64,000 bases of DNA, taken from an uncultured Gammaproteobacteria bacterium. GTDB taxonomy: Bacteria > Cyanobacteriota > Vampirovibrionia > LMEP-6097. Below the pieces are notes generated by a model. That model did not search any database, was not told the origin of the DNA, and saw only the letters and a list, made by a program, of their open reading frames with translations. How positions within the stretch are numbered: position 1 is the stretch's first letter; the number at the start of each line of letters is the position of its first letter. Position numbers and translations under genes: made by a program. Positions 60,443 to 64,000 of this stretch are shown piece after piece. The DNA is taken from NCBI GenBank assembly GCA_964438425.1, contig CAYTKM010000005.1, positions 9,294 to 73,293 of the forward strand. Reading direction: 5' to 3'.

Positions 60443-62278
60443 TTAACTTAGCACACCTTGTACTTGTGGTTTAGCAGAACCACAGCTATTTAAAATAATA
60501 ACTTCTGTTAGAGGGTAACGATGCATTTCTTCATTCAGCATCTGCATTATATCGTGTCTAATTGCACCTTCAAGCTGTCTACTAAAGGCGTTAATATTTT
60601 CAAGTGCTTTATCTGAATTCGAATCAGGTAGAGATTCAAAAGCTTTCAGACAGACCTGCTTTAATTTTTTAGCATAGCTTTTAGCTGATTCTTTTTTAGG
60701 TAAAACCATAGCTTCAAAACGTACTTTAATATCAGTAATTAACCTACCATAGGCATCGATAGTTAAAATAAACAGTAAAAAGCCGTCATTTGCGATAAGC
60801 TTCCTTTCTTTAATTATCGCGCCATCAAGCTCACCAACATTATCATTATCGATCATTACGATACCTGCAGTAACTCTATCTTCAAGCTTACATTTACCGT
60901 TTTGCAAAGTTAATACATCCCCGTTATCCATTAAAAATATATTGTCTGGATCTACGCCACACTTAACTGCGGTTTCACCATGCTTAACAAGCATACGGTA
61001 CTCACCGTGACATGGCATAAAGTACTTAGGATCACATAAACTAATTAAAATCTTTTGTTCTTCCTGGCTGGCATGACCAGAAACATGGACTTTTTGGTGA
61101 GAGCCATAAACTACTTCTGCGCCGCGGGCAAATAAGTTATTAATTAAATTATTGACGTGTTTTTCGTTACCTGGAATAGGAGATGCACTAACTACTACTA
61201 AATCACCAGGTTGGATTTTCACATATTTATGTTCATTTCTAGCGATACGTGATAAAGCTGCATATTGTTCACCCTGACTGCCAGTACAAAGTATGACTAA
61301 ATCTTCAGGTGGGATCTTATGGATCTCTTCTTGCCTAACGATAAAATTCTCAGGTAGCGAGATATAACCCAGCTCTTTAGAAATATTAGCTAAGTTAATC
61401 ATTGAACGACCAAAAACGGTTACTTTCTTTTTAGCCTGCAAGGCAAGTTGCATGATAATTTTTACTCTGTTTACCTGACTTGCAAATGTTGTGATAATAG
61501 TACGTTTCTGAGTTTGAAAAATAAATTCTTTAAGCTTAGGTATTACGTATTTTTCTGATGGCGTATAGCCAGCTTTTTCAGCATTAGTACTATCACTAAT
61601 TAATAAATCTACACCTTCAGCTCCAGCACGTGCAAGCGAACCGATATCAAAAAACTGGTTTTCTGGTGGACTATGATCAAACTTAAAGTCACCACTGTGT
61701 ACAATTCTGCCAGCTGGAGTATCAATAATTAAAGAATAGCTATCAGCAATACTATGATTGTTTCTAATATAGGTAACTGCAAAGCTTTGACCGACCTGAA
61801 CAGTTTCACGTGGATGAGTCCACTTCATATTCTGGCTTTTTATCTTATGCTCACTAAGTTTAAATTTAATTAAAGCGTAAGCTAAACCAGAAGAATAGAT
61901 AATTGGAATCTCAAGCTGCTTTAACATCGGTACGATACCACCGATATGATCCTCATGACCATGAGTTACGATAAGAGCTCTAATTTTTTCTTTATTTTCT
62001 TCTAAGTAATCTAACTTAGGCAGTACTAAATCAACACCGATCATATTTACATTTGGGAAAGCTAAGCCAGCGTCTACCAGCATGATATCGTTACCACACT
62101 CATACACCCAGGTATTTTTTCCGATCTCATAGAGTCCACCAAGTGAGATGACTTTGACCTTTTTTTCAGGATCCATAACAATGTTTTGAGAGACTGAAGA
62201 AGACTTTTTAGTGACTGATTTGATAGATCCATCGGTGGATTTCAAGATTCTGCGGGTTTGCTTTGTGATTTTGTTCAT
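60443..62278 (-). CDS. rnj: ribonuclease J
   Basis: GGLYEIGKN, FPNVNMIGVDLVLP and THGHEDHIGG beta-CASP/MBL signature. Confidence 0.85.
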   Translation of the reverse strand: MNKITKQTRRILKSTDGSIKSVTKKSSSVSQNIVMDPEKKVKVISLGGLYEIGKNTWVYECGNDIMLVDAGLAFPNVNMIGVDLVLPKLDYLEENKEKIRALIVTHGHEDHIGGIVPMLKQLEIPIIYSSGLAYALIKFKLSEHKIKSQNMKWTHPRETVQVGQSFAVTYIRNNHSIADSYSLIIDTPAGRIVHSGDFKFDHSPPENQFFDIGSLARAGAEGVDLLISDSTNAEKAGYTPSEKYVIPKLKEFIFQTQKRTIITTFASQVNRVKIIMQLALQAKKKVTVFGRSMINLANISKELGYISLPENFIVRQEEIHKIPPEDLVILCTGSQGEQYAALSRIARNEHKYVKIQPGDLVVVSASPIPGNEKHVNNLINNLFARGAEVVYGSHQKVHVSGHASQEEQKILISLCDPKYFMPCHGEYRMLVKHGETAVKCGVDPDNIFLMDNGDVLTLQNGKCKLEDRVTAGIVMIDNDNVGELDGAIIKERKLIANDGFLLFILTIDAYGRLITDIKVRFEAMVLPKKESAKSYAKKLKQVCLKAFESLPDSNSDKALENINAFSRQLEGAIRHDIMQMLNEEMHRYPLTEVIILNSCGSAKPQVQGVLS

Positions 62279-62331
62279 TTTTTACTTAATAATATATTAA
62301 AAGGATTAAATTTTATCTAACTGTTAAGAAA

Positions 62332-63219
62332 TTAGACTAAAGATTCTTTAAGTTCAGCGATTTCAACTTCATTTAAAGGCAAAAGTGGTGATCTCAGTCG
62401 GTTAGCGCATAAATCTTTAAGACTTAAAGCGGCTTTAATACCGATCGGATTAGTTTTACAAAAGATAGCTTTAACAGCTGGGTACAAGCTATTATTAATT
62501 TCAAGAGCTTCAGCTGGTTTGCCATCTAAATACATTTTAGTCAACTCAAGCATTTCATTACCATAAATATGCGAGCATACTGAAATTATACCGTTAATAC
62601 CTAAACTTAGCATCGGTAGATATAAGCCATCTTCGCCACTGAAAATAGCAAACTCATCTTTAGAGTATTTACGACGCAATCTAGTAATTAATTCAAAGTT
62701 ATCACTAGCTTCTTTTATACCTATTATATTATCGGCTTTAGTTTTTATTTCTACAATAGTTTCATAATCCAAACTAACAACTGATCTTGATGGCACATTG
62801 TATAAGATAACAGGTAACTCAACAGCACTAGCAATTTCAATACTGTGATGAGCTAAACCAGCCTGAGTAGGTTTATTATAATAAGGTGTAACTAATAATA
62901 GAGCATCAGCGCCGATATGCTGCGCGCGCTTAGATGAAGCTTTAGCTGTTTCAGTACAATTAGAGCCTGAACCAAAGATCACTTTTAAATCATATGAATT
63001 CTTTTTTACCTCACTTACTATAAACTTTAAATAAGATTCTTCTTCTTCATGCGTCAAAGTCGGTCTTTCACCAGTAGTACCTGAGATAACCACTGCTTGA
63101 GAGCCATTACCAGCTAAGTGAGCAAGAATTTTGGCTGCTGCTACATAATCAATCTCATCAAGCTTATCTTGCTTAAATGGAGTAACCATAGCTGTAATTA
63201 TCGGACCAAAAGTCTGCAT
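62332..63219 (-). CDS. dapA: 4-hydroxy-tetrahydrodipicolinate synthase
   Basis: ITAMVTPF...GTTGE motif and Schiff-base Lys region IGIKEAS. Confidence 0.85.
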   Translation of the reverse strand: MQTFGPIITAMVTPFKQDKLDEIDYVAAAKILAHLAGNGSQAVVISGTTGERPTLTHEEEESYLKFIVSEVKKNSYDLKVIFGSGSNCTETAKASSKRAQHIGADALLLVTPYYNKPTQAGLAHHSIEIASAVELPVILYNVPSRSVVSLDYETIVEIKTKADNIIGIKEASDNFELITRLRRKYSKDEFAIFSGEDGLYLPMLSLGINGIISVCSHIYGNEMLELTKMYLDGKPAEALEINNSLYPAVKAIFCKTNPIGIKAALSLKDLCANRLRSPLLPLNEVEIAELKESLV

Positions 63220-63222
63220 ATC

Positions 63223-64000
63223 TTAAATTATACCTTGTTGAATCATAGATTCGGCAATTTGTATAGTATTTAAGGCTGCGCCTTTACGTAGATTATCCGA
63301 AACCAACCAAAAATTAAGGGCATTAGGATTACTTATGTCCACTCTCAATCTACCTACATGAGTAGGATCGGTACCTGTCACTTCAAGTGGCATCGGATAA
63401 TCTTCGTTATCATAGAATTCTATATCATTCGAATTTATTAAAGCCTGTTTTATAACAGAAAGTTCATAAGCATCTTTAAATTCTACATTTACGCTTTCAC
63501 TATGACTAACCATTACAGGCACTCTAACAGCTGTGCAGGCTACTGGCAGTTCAGGTAAATTTAAAATCTTTCTAGTTTCATTGGTAACTTTAAGCTCTTC
63601 TTTAGTATAACCATCTTCAGCAAACTTATCTATCTGTGGGATCAGATTAAATGCTAGTTTTTGGTTAATAGCTTTGGCTTCATAATCTTTATTATCTAGC
63701 TGAAGCAAACTCGTATCTCGCAATTCCTGCATAGCATCTTTGCCAGCACCAGAAATACTCTGGTAAGTACTGACTAAAACTCTTTTTAAAGGGTAAAGTT
63801 TTCTAAGTATATCTAAGATAACGACTAAAGGTGCTGTCGAACAATTAGGGTTAGCTATTATCTTTTTAGTTGCATCTAAAGCATCAGCGTTAACTTCTGG
63901 CACCACTAAAGGCACTTCAGCGTCCATTCTAAAAGCACTCGAATTATCTATCAAATAAGCGCCTGCCTTAGTAATATCATCTTTATATTTTATAGTTATA
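63223..64000 (-). CDS. asd: aspartate-semialdehyde dehydrogenase (N-terminus beyond window)
   Basis: NPNCSTAPLVVILD...STYQSISGAGK active-site Cys region. The ORF is open to the window end. Confidence 0.8.
   Translation of the reverse strand, partial: ITIKYKDDITKAGAYLIDNSSAFRMDAEVPLVVPEVNADALDATKKIIANPNCSTAPLVVILDILRKLYPLKRVLVSTYQSISGAGKDAMQELRDTSLLQLDNKDYEAKAINQKLAFNLIPQIDKFAEDGYTKEELKVTNETRKILNLPELPVACTAVRVPVMVSHSESVNVEFKDAYELSVIKQALINSNDIEFYDNEDYPMPLEVTGTDPTHVGRLRVDISNPNALNFWLVSDNLRKGAALNTIQIAESMIQQGII

Overview
This is an AT-rich bacterial chromosomal segment, with G+C near one-third by eye. Long ORFs run through standard stop codons, so it reads as translation table 11. The backbone is housekeeping genes. 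They include hpf (truncated at the left edge), tsaC/yrdC, trmL, priA, rlmN, secA, polA, rplI, tmk, bioD, pyrD, ribF, fba, RNase J, dapA and asd (truncated at the right edge). There is also a LuxR-type two-component pair, a CheY-like receiver, a DAACS symporter, an NAD-dependent epimerase and two tRNAs (Thr-TGT and Val-TAC, both on the minus strand). Among these sit lineage-specific accessory genes. A two-gene AbiL/OLD-like module (ABC-type ATPase plus a small RloB/DUF4276 TOPRIM-like protein) lies between trmL and a pentapeptide-repeat protein. A 9-kb stretch (about 10.0-19.0 kb) holds uncharacterised small and large proteins, a frameshifted gene remnant, a predicted acetolactate-decarboxylase-fold lipoprotein and a 935-aa protein carrying a JAMM/RadC-like HNHP motif. 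Two divergent COG1373 (AAA_14 + DUF4143) ATPase paralogs, separated by duplicated operator-like palindromes, sit beside tRNA-Thr and a 37-nt tRNA fragment. Other accessory genes are a FliN/FliY-like switch protein followed by a methyltransferase, two tandem Asn-rich paralogs, a Met/His-rich protein, an ATP-grasp ligase with a C26 amidotransferase-like hydrolase, and a 1436-aa S8 peptidase. Two DNA-level signals stand out. A GC-rich 10/11-mer (T)GCCGATAAGC is strongly over-represented, and its strand orientation flips between about 9.6 and 13.2 kb. An A/T palindrome TTAGAA-N5-TTCTAA recurs in clusters at four loci. No CRISPR array, rRNA, transposase or integrase was seen.
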